64,000 bases of DNA from an uncultured Bacteroidota bacterium (GTDB taxonomy: Bacteria; Bacteroidota; Rhodothermia; Balneolales; HLUCCA01). The stretch covers positions 6,025-70,024 of the forward strand of contig CAMTWZ010000021.1 in assembly GCA_947085565.1 (NCBI GenBank). The letters are read 5' to 3'. Positions 27,122-36,520 of this stretch are shown here, piece after piece (the stretch's first letter is position 1; each line of letters starts with the position of its first letter). The position numbers were made by a program, and so were the translations under genes. Below the pieces are notes generated by a model that saw only the letters and a program-made list of their open reading frames with translations, was not told where the DNA came from and ran no database searches.

Positions 27122-28272
27122 CCGATTGGAAAGCCATTGAAGACCAGTACGAAGCGCTCACCTATGCGCGCTGGCCTGTCGTGTTCGAGCGGGGAGAGGG
27201 CATTCATCTGTTCGATGAATCGGGCAAGAAATATGTCGATCTGTACGGCGGACATTGCGTCTCCATCTTAGGCCATTCGCCGACTCGTGTGACAGAAGCC
27301 GTTTATACCCAAGCCAAGCAACTGCCGTTTTACTCGAACGTCGTCTATCATCCATCCCGCGCGAAAGCCGCGAAAACGCTGGTCGATATGGCGGATGGGT
27401 TCGATCGCGTGTTTTTCTGCAATTCCGGAACCGAAGCGAATGAAAACGCCATCAAACTGGCCTGGCAGTTCACCGGGAAGACGCACATGCTCAGCACCAC
27501 GGGCGGCTGGCACGGACGGACCCTCGCCTCCATATCCGTCACCCACACCGAAAAAATGCGCAAACCGGTACTATTCGCGCTTCCGGACGTGACGTTCGTC
27601 CCCTTCGGGGATGCGGATGCGCTGCAAACCGTGCTTGAATCGCGCGATGATGTGGCCGGACTCATCCTCGAACCCATCCAAAGCATTTCCGGATGTGTGA
27701 TGGCGGATGCGAGCTATTACCGGCGCATCCGCGAGCTGTGCGACGAGCACGGTGTGGTCCTCATTTTCGATGAAATCCAGACCGGAGTGGGCCGCACCGG
27801 CACCTTCAGCATTTCCGAAGGATTCGGAATGCGTCCCGATCTCATCACGCTGGCCAAGAGCTTGGGCGCCGGTTTCCCCCTCGGCGCCGTCCTCATGCCC
27901 GAACGCATCGCCACCACCCTGCGCATCGGGGACCTGGGTTCCACCTTCGCGGGCGGCATGATGGCCATGGCGGCGTGCGAAGCCACCTTGAACGAAATCT
28001 CCGAGCACAACCTCATGTCGAACGCCCCGCTTCTGTTCGACGCCCTTCGCGTGGCCCTGGCCGACGCGCCGATCGAACTGCGCGGAAAAGGGGCGCTAAT
28101 CGGACTCAAACTGCCGAAACCTGCAAAAGACGTCGTTACTGAGCTGTTCAACCGCGGCTGGATCACCGGCACGTCCGACGATCCCCACGTGATGCGCCTC
28201 ATGCCGCCGCTCATCACTCCAACTACCGTCATCACCGAATTCGCACACGAGCTACTCGATGTCCTCCACTAA
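27118..28272 (+). CDS. argD: acyl-ornithine aminotransferase (class III PLP)
   Basis: FDEIQTGVGRTGTF and LAKSLGAGFPLGAV (PLP-Lys region). ATGA overlap at 27118-27121. Confidence 0.9.
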   Translation: MTDWKAIEDQYEALTYARWPVVFERGEGIHLFDESGKKYVDLYGGHCVSILGHSPTRVTEAVYTQAKQLPFYSNVVYHPSRAKAAKTLVDMADGFDRVFFCNSGTEANENAIKLAWQFTGKTHMLSTTGGWHGRTLASISVTHTEKMRKPVLFALPDVTFVPFGDADALQTVLESRDDVAGLILEPIQSISGCVMADASYYRRIRELCDEHGVVLIFDEIQTGVGRTGTFSISEGFGMRPDLITLAKSLGAGFPLGAVLMPERIATTLRIGDLGSTFAGGMMAMAACEATLNEISEHNLMSNAPLLFDALRVALADAPIELRGKGALIGLKLPKPAKDVVTELFNRGWITGTSDDPHVMRLMPPLITPTTVITEFAHELLDVLH

Positions 28273-29278
28273 TCTCACTCATTTCACAAGCCTCTCGGAT
28301 TGGTCGAACCCCGATCTGAACTCCATCATCGACACGGCCATTCGCCTGAAATCTGGCGCGCTGACCTCCCAAGCCGGTAAAGGGAAGGTGTTAGGACTTG
28401 TTTTTTTCAATCCCTCGCTACGAACGAAGATCTCCTTTGAAGTCGCCGCCGCGCACTTGGGTGCGACCACGGCCTTGGTGCAGCCCGGACAAGGCTCCTG
28501 GACTCTCGAAACCGAGCCAGGCGCCATCATGGACGGCAACAAGACCGAGCATGTGAAAGAAGCGATCCAGGTCTTGTCGCAATACTGCGATGCGATCGGA
28601 GTGCGTGCATTTTCCGGACTTAAAGACCGCGATGCGGACTACGGCGATTTGCTGTTGAACCGCATCCGCGAGTATGCCACGGTTCCTGTCATCAATCTCG
28701 AAAGCGCGATGGAGCATCCATGTCAGGGCTTGGCGGATTGGATGACCATTAATGAGCTTTTCCCGGGAGGGACTAAGGGCAAGAAACTGGTGCTTACCTG
28801 GGCGCCTCATCCGAACCCGTTGCCGGTCGCTGTACCCAATAGTGTCTTGGACGTGGCGTCGCGCAGTGGGATAGACGTGACATTGGCGTGTCCGCCGGAA
28901 ATGTTACTCAATGCCGAGACGCTTGAGCGGGTGAAAACGATGTGTGCGTCGAACGGGTCTCGGTTCGTGGTGGATCACGATCAGAGTCGGGCGCTGCATG
29001 CCGCGGATGTGGTGTATGCGAAGAGTTGGGCGTCGGGGTTGGTGTACACCGATCCCGAGAAAGAGAAATCGCTGCGTTGGGAAACCTACCGAGATTGGAC
29101 ACTCACCGGCGAGAAGATGGCGCTCACCAACGAGGCCAAGTTCATGCACTGCCTGCCGGTGCGCCGCAATGTGGTGGTCGCCGATGAGGTGATCGACTCG
29201 CCGAATGCGGTCCACATCCAAGAAGCGGGCAACCGTCTTCACGTGCAAAAAGCCATATTGCTGAAGCTATGGGAATGA
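28259..29278 (+). CDS. argF': N-acetyl/N-succinyl-ornithine carbamoyltransferase (ArgF' type)
   Basis: FFNPSLRTK, WTLETEPGAIMDGNKTEH, LTWAPHPNPLPVAVPNS and FMHCLPVRRN closely follow my memory of Bacteroides fragilis ArgF'. Lacks the canonical OTC DxxxSMG. Confidence 0.85.
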   Translation: MSSTNLTHFTSLSDWSNPDLNSIIDTAIRLKSGALTSQAGKGKVLGLVFFNPSLRTKISFEVAAAHLGATTALVQPGQGSWTLETEPGAIMDGNKTEHVKEAIQVLSQYCDAIGVRAFSGLKDRDADYGDLLLNRIREYATVPVINLESAMEHPCQGLADWMTINELFPGGTKGKKLVLTWAPHPNPLPVAVPNSVLDVASRSGIDVTLACPPEMLLNAETLERVKTMCASNGSRFVVDHDQSRALHAADVVYAKSWASGLVYTDPEKEKSLRWETYRDWTLTGEKMALTNEAKFMHCLPVRRNVVVADEVIDSPNAVHIQEAGNRLHVQKAILLKLWE

Positions 29279-30030
29279 CCGTCCTCAAACTGAGCGGAAG
29301 CCTGAGCGATGATCCGACCTCGCTGGATTTGGTGTGTCAATTCATCTCAGAACACGGATCGCAAGTCGTTGTGGTGCATGGCGGTGGAAAACAGATCAAT
29401 GAGATGTGCGCACGGCTCGGAATTCCGGTGTTGCAAGTCGCCGGACGCCGCATCACCACTCCTGAAACCATGGATGTCCTTCTTAAAACCGTGGGAGGGA
29501 GCCTCAACCGCGGACTCGTTTCTGATTTCCGGTCCCGCGGAATACACTCCGTCGGACTCACCGGCGCGGATGGCGGACTCACCACATCCCGGAAGCGTCC
29601 GCCTCTGGTCATCGATGGCGTGGAAACCGATTTCCAGCTGGTTGGTGAGTTGGAGTCGGTCGATCCATCCATCCTTCAGACACTTATCGCTGGAGGATTT
29701 GTGCCCGTAATCGGCTGCCTCACGTGGAGCGAGGAGCACGGGTATCTGAACATCAACGCGGACACCTTCGCCATCGCCATCGCGAACGCGCTACGCGCCG
29801 ATCAGCTCGTGTTTCTGATGGAGCCCGAAGCGGTCTTGGATGCGGAGAAGACGCCAATCTCCCGCATGACGAAGAATGACTTTATCGCCGGTGTGTCGCA
29901 AGGATGGATCACAGACGGAATGCGTCCCAAGCTCGAAACCGGCTTCAAAGCGTTGGAATCGGGGATTCAAAGCGTGACACTGACGAATCCGGCCGGGTTG
30001 GCCGCGCAAAAAGGAACCACACTCGCATGA
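29269..30030 (+). CDS. argB: acyl-glutamate kinase
   Basis: VVVHGGGKQIN and the amino-acid-kinase fold. The second ATG (29275) forms an ATGA overlap with the argF' stop and may be the true start. Confidence 0.9.
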   Translation: MGMTVLKLSGSLSDDPTSLDLVCQFISEHGSQVVVVHGGGKQINEMCARLGIPVLQVAGRRITTPETMDVLLKTVGGSLNRGLVSDFRSRGIHSVGLTGADGGLTTSRKRPPLVIDGVETDFQLVGELESVDPSILQTLIAGGFVPVIGCLTWSEEHGYLNINADTFAIAIANALRADQLVFLMEPEAVLDAEKTPISRMTKNDFIAGVSQGWITDGMRPKLETGFKALESGIQSVTLTNPAGLAAQKGTTLA

Positions 30031-31103
30031 ACTGGCTCACCGATCATCCAAAAGAATTATTGAAAGCGGTCGTGCGGTTTCCGAGCCTCAGCACGAAGGA
30101 AAAACCATTGGTGGATTGGCTTGAAGCGGAAATCCAGGCCCTGAATCTGGTCCAGGTAGAGCGATATGGCGATAATCTCGTGTTTTCACTGGGGTCCGGC
30201 GCGCCATGGCTCATGCTCAATTCGCACACCGATGTCGTTCCGCCATCCCCGAATCATATCGGCGATCCGTTCGAGCCGGTGGAGCGTGATGGGAAACTGT
30301 ACGGACGCGGCACGGTCGATGCGAAAGGCTGCGGTGTTTCGATGCTTCGCGCATTATTGGAATTGGCGGAATCGGGCTATCAGCCAAAGGGCAAAGTGAG
30401 CGTGTCGCTCACGATCTGCGAAGAAACCGCGGGTGAGCACAACGGGATGCATCATTTGCGTCATGTCGTCGGACTCCAACCCGACGCCGCGCTCATCGGC
30501 GAACCGACGATGTTGGCGCCCTGTCTGGCGCAGAAAGGAATGCTTTTAGTGAAACTGGTGACCACGGGGGAATCGGGGCATGCGGCGCGGGTGACCGGTC
30601 CGAACGCCATCTCACGCATGGCGTCGGTGCTCGCGAGTCTGCAGGATGTGAGTTTCAAGGAGGAAAACCCATTCATCGGGTCCGTGAAGATCACTCCGAC
30701 CATGATTTCCGGTGGGACCGCGAAAAACGCGAATCCGGAAGTGTGCGAGGTGATCGTCGACATCCGCACCATTCCGGAAGTGCCGAATGAGCTCATCATC
30801 GACACGCTGAAAACCATGCTCTCCTGCGACGTCCACGTCCTTAGCGACCGTTTCGTGGCCACGCAGACGGATCCCAACTCCGTGATCGCGCAAAGTTGCC
30901 TGCGTCGTAGCGGAAAGCCGTTTTTCGGGTCACCGACGGCTTCCGACTGGGTATTCTTAGCCGACATTCCGTGCATCAAGATCGGTCCGGGCGACAGCAC
31001 GAAATCACACACCGCCGACGAACACATCGACCTTACGCAGCTCGAAGCGGCGGTACCCTTGTATAAATCCATCATCCACGACTATTTCGAGACACATCCA
31101 TGA
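30027..31103 (+). CDS. argE: M20-family deacylase (ArgE/DapE-like; acyl-citrulline or acyl-ornithine deacylase)
   Basis: NSHTDVVPP and GRGTVDAKG metal-binding motifs. ATGA overlap at 30027-30030. Confidence 0.7.
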   Translation: MNWLTDHPKELLKAVVRFPSLSTKEKPLVDWLEAEIQALNLVQVERYGDNLVFSLGSGAPWLMLNSHTDVVPPSPNHIGDPFEPVERDGKLYGRGTVDAKGCGVSMLRALLELAESGYQPKGKVSVSLTICEETAGEHNGMHHLRHVVGLQPDAALIGEPTMLAPCLAQKGMLLVKLVTTGESGHAARVTGPNAISRMASVLASLQDVSFKEENPFIGSVKITPTMISGGTAKNANPEVCEVIVDIRTIPEVPNELIIDTLKTMLSCDVHVLSDRFVATQTDPNSVIAQSCLRRSGKPFFGSPTASDWVFLADIPCIKIGPGDSTKSHTADEHIDLTQLEAAVPLYKSIIHDYFETHP

Positions 31104-32431
31104 GCAGCCTTTGGAAAAAAGAGGGACAATCTGACTCGCACGACTGGTTTCATGCGTTCACCACAGCCGAAGACCGTGCCCTGGATCAGCGTTTGGTGCC
31201 TTATGACCTGTGGACGAACGCCGCCCACGCCGCGGTCCTTTTTCGTAGCGGAATCCTCACCGACGCTGAGTTGGCGAAGCTCCGTGCTGCGCTTTCTTCC
31301 TTGCTCGCCTCCGCACTCACCCTCGCACCGGAAGACGAAGATGTTCATAGCGCCGTGGAAAACCGCTTAACCGCCGAATTGGGCGATCTGGGCAAGAAAA
31401 TCCATACCGCACGGAGTCGGAACGACCAAGTGCTGACCGATTTGAGGCTGCATGCCCGTGAACAGATCTTGCATACCTGCGGGAAGCTGTTATCCATCGT
31501 GAAGACTCTTTTCGCGATCGCGGAAGCCAATAAGGGCGTGGGTTTCGCCGGAACGACGCACACGCAACCGGCCATGCCGAGCTCGGTCGACGCGTGGGCC
31601 TTGGGCTACGCCGATCTGCTTCTTCAGACGCTGAATGCCGCGCCGAGCGTGTATGCGGCGATCAACCGCTCGCCGCTTGGAACCGCGGCAGGGTATGGGG
31701 CGCCGCATTTCGAGCTGGATCGTGCTTTCGCGGCCGAGCTCTTGGCGTTCGACTCGGTGATCACGCCCGTGGCGGGAGCGCAGCTCAGCCGGGGTTCGGA
31801 TGATCTGCGCCTGGCCGATTGGCTCTGCTATGGATTGGGAACGGCGCATCGGGTGGCGGCGGATCTGATCTGGATGGCGCATCCGGCGCAAGGCTTCATC
31901 CGCCTCTCAGACGACCAATCGTCGGGAAGCAGCATCATGCCTCAGAAACGCAATCCGGACGCGTTGGAGCTCATCCGTGGCAGCTGGCATGAGGCCACGG
32001 GCTATGCGCACACCATCCGCTCGCTCAGCGCCGGACTCATTTCCGGCTACCACCGCGATCTGCAACTGATCAAGAAAGCAAGTTTCGCGCTGTTCGATCT
32101 CAATTCCTCTGTCCTCGACGCGTTTGAGCGCTGCCTGAGCGGCATCCGGTTCGATTCCGATTCTTGTTCGAAAAGCATCACGCCAGAGGTGATGTCCACA
32201 CATCATGCGAACAATATGGTGAAGGACGGGATGCCGTTCCGCGACGCATATCGCCAAGCTGCGCAGGATCTGAAATCCGGTGCGGTTTCTGATTCCGGAA
32301 ATGCACTGCAAGCGTACCTGAATCCGGGAGAGCCGGGGAATCCGGTCTATCCGGAACTCTCGGAACATCTTTCCTGGCTGAAAACACAAATCGCGCGGAT
32401 ACAAGACGCAAAAGACGCCAGTTTCGGTTAA
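31100..32431 (+). CDS. argH: argininosuccinate lyase
   Basis: GSSIMPQKRNPD signature. 443 aa. ATGA overlap at 31100-31103. Confidence 0.95.
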   Translation: MSSLWKKEGQSDSHDWFHAFTTAEDRALDQRLVPYDLWTNAAHAAVLFRSGILTDAELAKLRAALSSLLASALTLAPEDEDVHSAVENRLTAELGDLGKKIHTARSRNDQVLTDLRLHAREQILHTCGKLLSIVKTLFAIAEANKGVGFAGTTHTQPAMPSSVDAWALGYADLLLQTLNAAPSVYAAINRSPLGTAAGYGAPHFELDRAFAAELLAFDSVITPVAGAQLSRGSDDLRLADWLCYGLGTAHRVAADLIWMAHPAQGFIRLSDDQSSGSSIMPQKRNPDALELIRGSWHEATGYAHTIRSLSAGLISGYHRDLQLIKKASFALFDLNSSVLDAFERCLSGIRFDSDSCSKSITPEVMSTHHANNMVKDGMPFRDAYRQAAQDLKSGAVSDSGNALQAYLNPGEPGNPVYPELSEHLSWLKTQIARIQDAKDASFG

Positions 32432-32442
32432 TTTCAATCATC

Positions 32443-33366
32443 ATGTCCAATTCCATCGAAAGCAAATTCATCGCGGCCTGCATCGGCGCATCACTGGGCG
32501 AAAGCATCGGAATGGCGTGCGAAAGCATGTCTCCGGCTCAGATACAGGAACAGTTCGGACGGATCAAGGGTCCGGCGCCACGACCCGAATCCGAAGAGTT
32601 CTATCCCTTGCCTGCGGGCAGCACCGCCCGGCAGACCGAAGGATTGCTCGCCGTTCTGAAATCGTCGCATCCGCTGCCGGATCTGCCCAATTTCGCATTC
32701 CACATCAAAGACGCGTTCAATCGATTTCCGACGCTATGGCCTAAAAGTGCGGCGTTCCCGTGGCCGCCGTTTCCCGATGAAGGCCACTACACGTTCGCGT
32801 TCGCTCTACCCGCGGCGTATCGGTTGGCGACGTCTCAGATCTCAGTGGAAGAAGCCGCCGATTGGCTGAAGAGTTTCGCGCCGGTCTCCATCGTCTGGCA
32901 GCAGGGTACCTGGGTGTACATGCGCTTGCTGGCGTGGATGTTCGAGCATCAACCGCAGGGGTTTTCAAAGGGACATTTTCTGACCAAGGCGTTGATGTTC
33001 ATCGACGAGGCGGAGGTGTATTTTCCGCACGATTTCAAACTGAAGCGTCGGATGCAGAGCGTGCAACCTCTGTTGGACGGACCCATCGATAAAGTGGCCG
33101 AGGTTTGCGAGAATGTGAATATCGCGGCGGAGAACATCGTGAGCGTGGTCGGCGCGATATTCTATAAGCATCACGATTCGTTCCAAGATGCGATACTGTC
33201 CGGCGCGAACCTCGGTGGCAGCACCGGAGCGGTCACTTTCTACACCGGAAGCCTGCTCGGCGCGCTTCACGGAACGTCGATCTTCCCCGAAGCCTGGCTC
33301 GAAAAACTCCGCGTACGGGATAGTGTGGAGCATGCTTCGAAGAGTTACGTGGGACGAGGACAGTAG
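32443..33366 (+). CDS. ADP-ribosylglycohydrolase-like protein with degenerate metal-binding motifs
   Basis: N-terminal AACIGASLGESIGMACE and C-terminal GGSTGAVTFYTGSLLGALHGTSIFPEAWLEKL follow the ARH/DraG pattern (GDALG...E and GGDTDT...G..G...P..W), but the Asp residues are replaced. Confidence 0.55.
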   Translation: MSNSIESKFIAACIGASLGESIGMACESMSPAQIQEQFGRIKGPAPRPESEEFYPLPAGSTARQTEGLLAVLKSSHPLPDLPNFAFHIKDAFNRFPTLWPKSAAFPWPPFPDEGHYTFAFALPAAYRLATSQISVEEAADWLKSFAPVSIVWQQGTWVYMRLLAWMFEHQPQGFSKGHFLTKALMFIDEAEVYFPHDFKLKRRMQSVQPLLDGPIDKVAEVCENVNIAAENIVSVVGAIFYKHHDSFQDAILSGANLGGSTGAVTFYTGSLLGALHGTSIFPEAWLEKLRVRDSVEHASKSYVGRGQ

Positions 33367-33473
33367 GTGGTAATTGGTAGATAGTAGTTGGTAAAGATGT
33401 ACTAATTGCGAAATACCAACTACAAATTACCAGCTACTTGTTACCAAATACCAAATACCAATTACCAATTACC
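33367..33473. repeat. inverted repeat with heptamer-tandem arm ((A/T)TACCAA x about 4.7)
   Basis: GTAGTTGGTA (33384-33393) pairs with TACCAACTAC (33414-33423). GGTAATTGGTA (33369-33379) pairs with TACCAATTACC (33456-33466). Tandem heptamers at 33441-33473. Confidence 0.6.
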
Positions 33474-33483
33474 GACATCAAAG

Positions 33484-33912
33484 ATGCAAGTCAATCTCCA
33501 ACTCGTGAACGACGCCTACCACATGGTGGCCACCAACGATACGGGTAATGAAGTTCACATCGACGGAAGCGTCGACATCGGTGGATCGAATCTTGGTGTG
33601 CGTCCAATGAGCTTGCTTTTGATGGGCTTGGGCAGTTGCAGCGCCATCGACGTCATCTCCATCCTCAAGAAGATGAAACAGCCCATCGTCGATCTTCAGG
33701 TGGAAGTGAACGGGGAGCGTGAGCCTGTGAAAGAAGCCAAGCCGTTCAATGCGTTTCATGTGAGTTACAAGCTGAAAGGGAATATCGAACCTGCGAAGGC
33801 GATCCGAGCTGCGCAGTTGTCGATGGAAAAATATTGCTCGGCAACACTTACCTTGGAAAAAGCGGGTCCGGTCACTTGGGACCTGTATTTGAACGACGAA
33901 AAAATCGCTTAG
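33484..33912 (+). CDS. OsmC/Ohr-family protein
   Basis: GVRPMSLLLMGLGSCSAIDVISILKKM, typical of the OsmC-family Cys region. The first ATG after the repeat gives 142 aa. Confidence 0.75.
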   Translation: MQVNLQLVNDAYHMVATNDTGNEVHIDGSVDIGGSNLGVRPMSLLLMGLGSCSAIDVISILKKMKQPIVDLQVEVNGEREPVKEAKPFNAFHVSYKLKGNIEPAKAIRAAQLSMEKYCSATLTLEKAGPVTWDLYLNDEKIA

Positions 33913-33914
33913 GG

Positions 33915-35072
33915 ATGCTTCATAAGGAAACGTTGGCTATCCGTGCTCAGAACGAACGCGCGGAGCGGGAACACTCGGTTCCTCTCTTTCTCACGTCCAG
34001 TTTCGTGTTCGATGATGCCGAGCAGGCAAGGGCTTTGTTCGCCGATGAGGTTCCGGGCAACATCTACACCCGCTTTTCCAACCCGAATGCGAACGAGTTC
34101 GTGCAGAAGATGTGCCTGTTGGAAGGCGCGGAAGACGGAATCGCTACCGCATCGGGAATGTCGGCCGTGTACACCTCCATCGCCGGATTGCTTCGCGCCG
34201 GTGACCATCTCATCGCATCCAGATCCTTGTTCGGATCTTCCGTCCAGATTCTGACGCAGATTCTTCCCCGCTTCGGCATCACATTCACGTATGTGGACGT
34301 CCTGAATACTGAATCCTGGGAAGCTGCCATCCTTCCGAACACGAAGATGATGTTCATCGAGACTCCATCCAATCCGGGGTTGGATCTGATCGATCTTCGT
34401 GCGGCCGGTGAGCTCTGCGCCAAGCACAATCTCATTTTGAACGTCGATAATTGCTTCGCGACGCCCATCCTGCAGACGCCGATCGACTTCGGGGCGCACA
34501 TCGTCACACATTCGGCCACGAAATGGATCGACGGGCAGGGAAGAGGCATCGGCGGGGTGATCGTGGGACGCAAAGACCTGATCAAGGAACTTCGCTTTTT
34601 CGCGAGGCATACGGGTCCGGCGATGAGTCCCTTCAACGCCTGGATGTTCTCTAAAAGCCTCGAAACACTGTCAGTTCGAATGAAAGCGCACTGCGCTCAG
34701 GCCTTGGAGCTTGCGACCCGATTGGAATCGCATTCCGAGGTGGAATGGGTGAAGTATCCGCATCTGCCGTCACATCCGCAGTATGAGTTGGCGAAAGCAC
34801 AGATGAGCTTGGGTGGCGGATTGGTGAGCTTCACCGTCAAAGGCGGCATCGAACGCGGCCGAGCCTTCCTTAATGCGCTTCAGCTTATTTCGCACACGGC
34901 GAATCTGGGTGATACGCGCACCATCGCCACACATCCGGCATCCACCACGCATTCCAAACTCAGCGAGGCCGAACGCTTGGCGGTGGGAATTCATCCCGGC
35001 ATGATCCGCATCAGCGCGGGGTTGGAGCACATCGAGGACCTCTGGGCGGATGTGAGCCAAGCGCTCACCTAA
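33915..35072 (+). CDS. Cys/Met-metabolism PLP enzyme (O-succinyl/acetyl-homoserine sulfhydrylase, MetZ/MetY-like)
   Basis: NIYTRFSNPN and HSATKWIDGQG (PLP-Lys). 385 aa. Confidence 0.8.
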   Translation: MLHKETLAIRAQNERAEREHSVPLFLTSSFVFDDAEQARALFADEVPGNIYTRFSNPNANEFVQKMCLLEGAEDGIATASGMSAVYTSIAGLLRAGDHLIASRSLFGSSVQILTQILPRFGITFTYVDVLNTESWEAAILPNTKMMFIETPSNPGLDLIDLRAAGELCAKHNLILNVDNCFATPILQTPIDFGAHIVTHSATKWIDGQGRGIGGVIVGRKDLIKELRFFARHTGPAMSPFNAWMFSKSLETLSVRMKAHCAQALELATRLESHSEVEWVKYPHLPSHPQYELAKAQMSLGGGLVSFTVKGGIERGRAFLNALQLISHTANLGDTRTIATHPASTTHSKLSEAERLAVGIHPGMIRISAGLEHIEDLWADVSQALT

Positions 35073-36459
35073 CCAGCGTCATCTTTTTCGTTTGAGTCAC
35101 ACCATTCACCGTGAGGCGATAAACGTAGGTGCCGGTGGGGAGCCCCGCGCCGTCGAATCGCACCGTGTATTCACCCGATTCCATGCGTTCGTTCGAAATG
35201 ATCGATTTCACCTCGCGACCCAGTGTGTCGAACACCCTCAGATCCACAGTACCGAAAACCTCCAACCGAAAACCGATAACCGTTGAAGGGTTGAACGGAT
35301 TCGGGTAATTCTGCTCAAGTCGAAGGTTTTCGGTTGTCTGTTTTCCGTTTTCGATCGACGTGGCGGCCTTGGTCTGAACGAAACGCACACCATCGGCCAC
35401 CACATAGGTTCCGAATCTCGCGGCATTGGAGACGATGACCCGGTCGGATACGCTTCCTGTGAAATTGTACTTGCCCAGGAGCACCCATTGGGCGTTATTC
35501 AGAGTCTGGTTCACCCGAACCGTATCGCGACCGTTCTTGTGAACGATGACGTAAGGCGTATCGGATGCGCGGTTCGACGAAGCCGACCACCATCCATACA
35601 CTTCATACTCAGCCTGCTTCAGACTGGGCGAATACGTGATGGTGCGCGATCCGTCGCCCTTTTCAGAGAGCCAGGAGCCGGTTCCGCCGTAGGAATCGGT
35701 TAGATTCGCCGTCTGAAACCATCCGTTGTTACACAATGCGGAGCAAATGGCGCCTTGGAAGACGGTCGATTCGCGTTCGGTATCGGTGATGATCTCTTCC
35801 AATGGCGGCGGGGGAGTTTTCAGGGAATCGCTCGGCACAATCGCGAAAATGGTAGGCACAGGACGCTGATTGGTACCGCCATTTGGACGATTGTAGAGTG
35901 TGCTTCCAATGGCCATCGTGGAAGATCCGCCTCCGTCAAGGTTCATCGCCTCGATGCATCCGAGGTTGATCATGATCTGCGCCAGATTGGCCAGGGTGGC
36001 GCCGCTTGAGAAAATGAAATTTCCACCGGGAAGCATCTGACCCGTTTCGGCAACCAATAAGATCACCCGGCCATCCGCGGTGTATCCGATGGCGCTTCGG
36101 GCGCGGTTGATGTTTCCATCCAGACCGGATCCGCCAAAAAACACTTCCTGATCATAGGTCACGTTCACTTGTCCGTTCGAAACCAGGTTCGGTCCACCGG
36201 CAAGACCCATAAGAACATTGTTGTATAAGATTCCGCCGGCCCGTGTGGGAGTGGGCGCTGGAGTGCCGATCACGTTGTTCAAGACGTTGTCGTAGCGGTA
36301 GAAATCATTGATGGATGTGGAGAAATGATAGGTCCAGTCGATCCGCATGCTGCGGTCGGGAAGGATGCCGAAAAACGCCCGTGCCACCGGATAATTGATA
36401 CCGTCGCGGTTCAGCACCTGGATGCTCTGCGATTTGACGATGCCCCCGGGCTCGATCAT
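35065..36459 (-). CDS. secreted phosphodiester-glycosidase (NAGPA/DUF2233)-like protein with T9SS C-terminal domain; N-terminus apparently frameshifted
   Basis: NLDGGGSSTM motif. C-terminal LEQNYPNPFNPSTVIGF...TKKMTLVR. There is no signal peptide in this frame (see 36460-36520). Confidence 0.7.
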   Translation of the reverse strand: MIEPGGIVKSQSIQVLNRDGINYPVARAFFGILPDRSMRIDWTYHFSTSINDFYRYDNVLNNVIGTPAPTPTRAGGILYNNVLMGLAGGPNLVSNGQVNVTYDQEVFFGGSGLDGNINRARSAIGYTADGRVILLVAETGQMLPGGNFIFSSGATLANLAQIMINLGCIEAMNLDGGGSSTMAIGSTLYNRPNGGTNQRPVPTIFAIVPSDSLKTPPPPLEEIITDTERESTVFQGAICSALCNNGWFQTANLTDSYGGTGSWLSEKGDGSRTITYSPSLKQAEYEVYGWWSASSNRASDTPYVIVHKNGRDTVRVNQTLNNAQWVLLGKYNFTGSVSDRVIVSNAARFGTYVVADGVRFVQTKAATSIENGKQTTENLRLEQNYPNPFNPSTVIGFRLEVFGTVDLRVFDTLGREVKSIISNERMESGEYTVRFDGAGLPTGTYVYRLTVNGVTQTKKMTLVR

Positions 36460-36520
36460 GGTGGGCAGTCGCGCTCTGGGTGGCGAATGCGAAAGCGAGA
36501 ATGGCGATAAGGGTTTTCAT
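36460..36520 (-). other. out-of-frame signal-peptide-encoding start of the NAGPA-like gene
   Basis: The ATG at 36520 overlaps the kinase stop (ATGA at 36517-36520) and encodes MKTLIAILAFAFATQSATA. It is in a different frame from the ORF 35065-36459. Confidence 0.55.
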
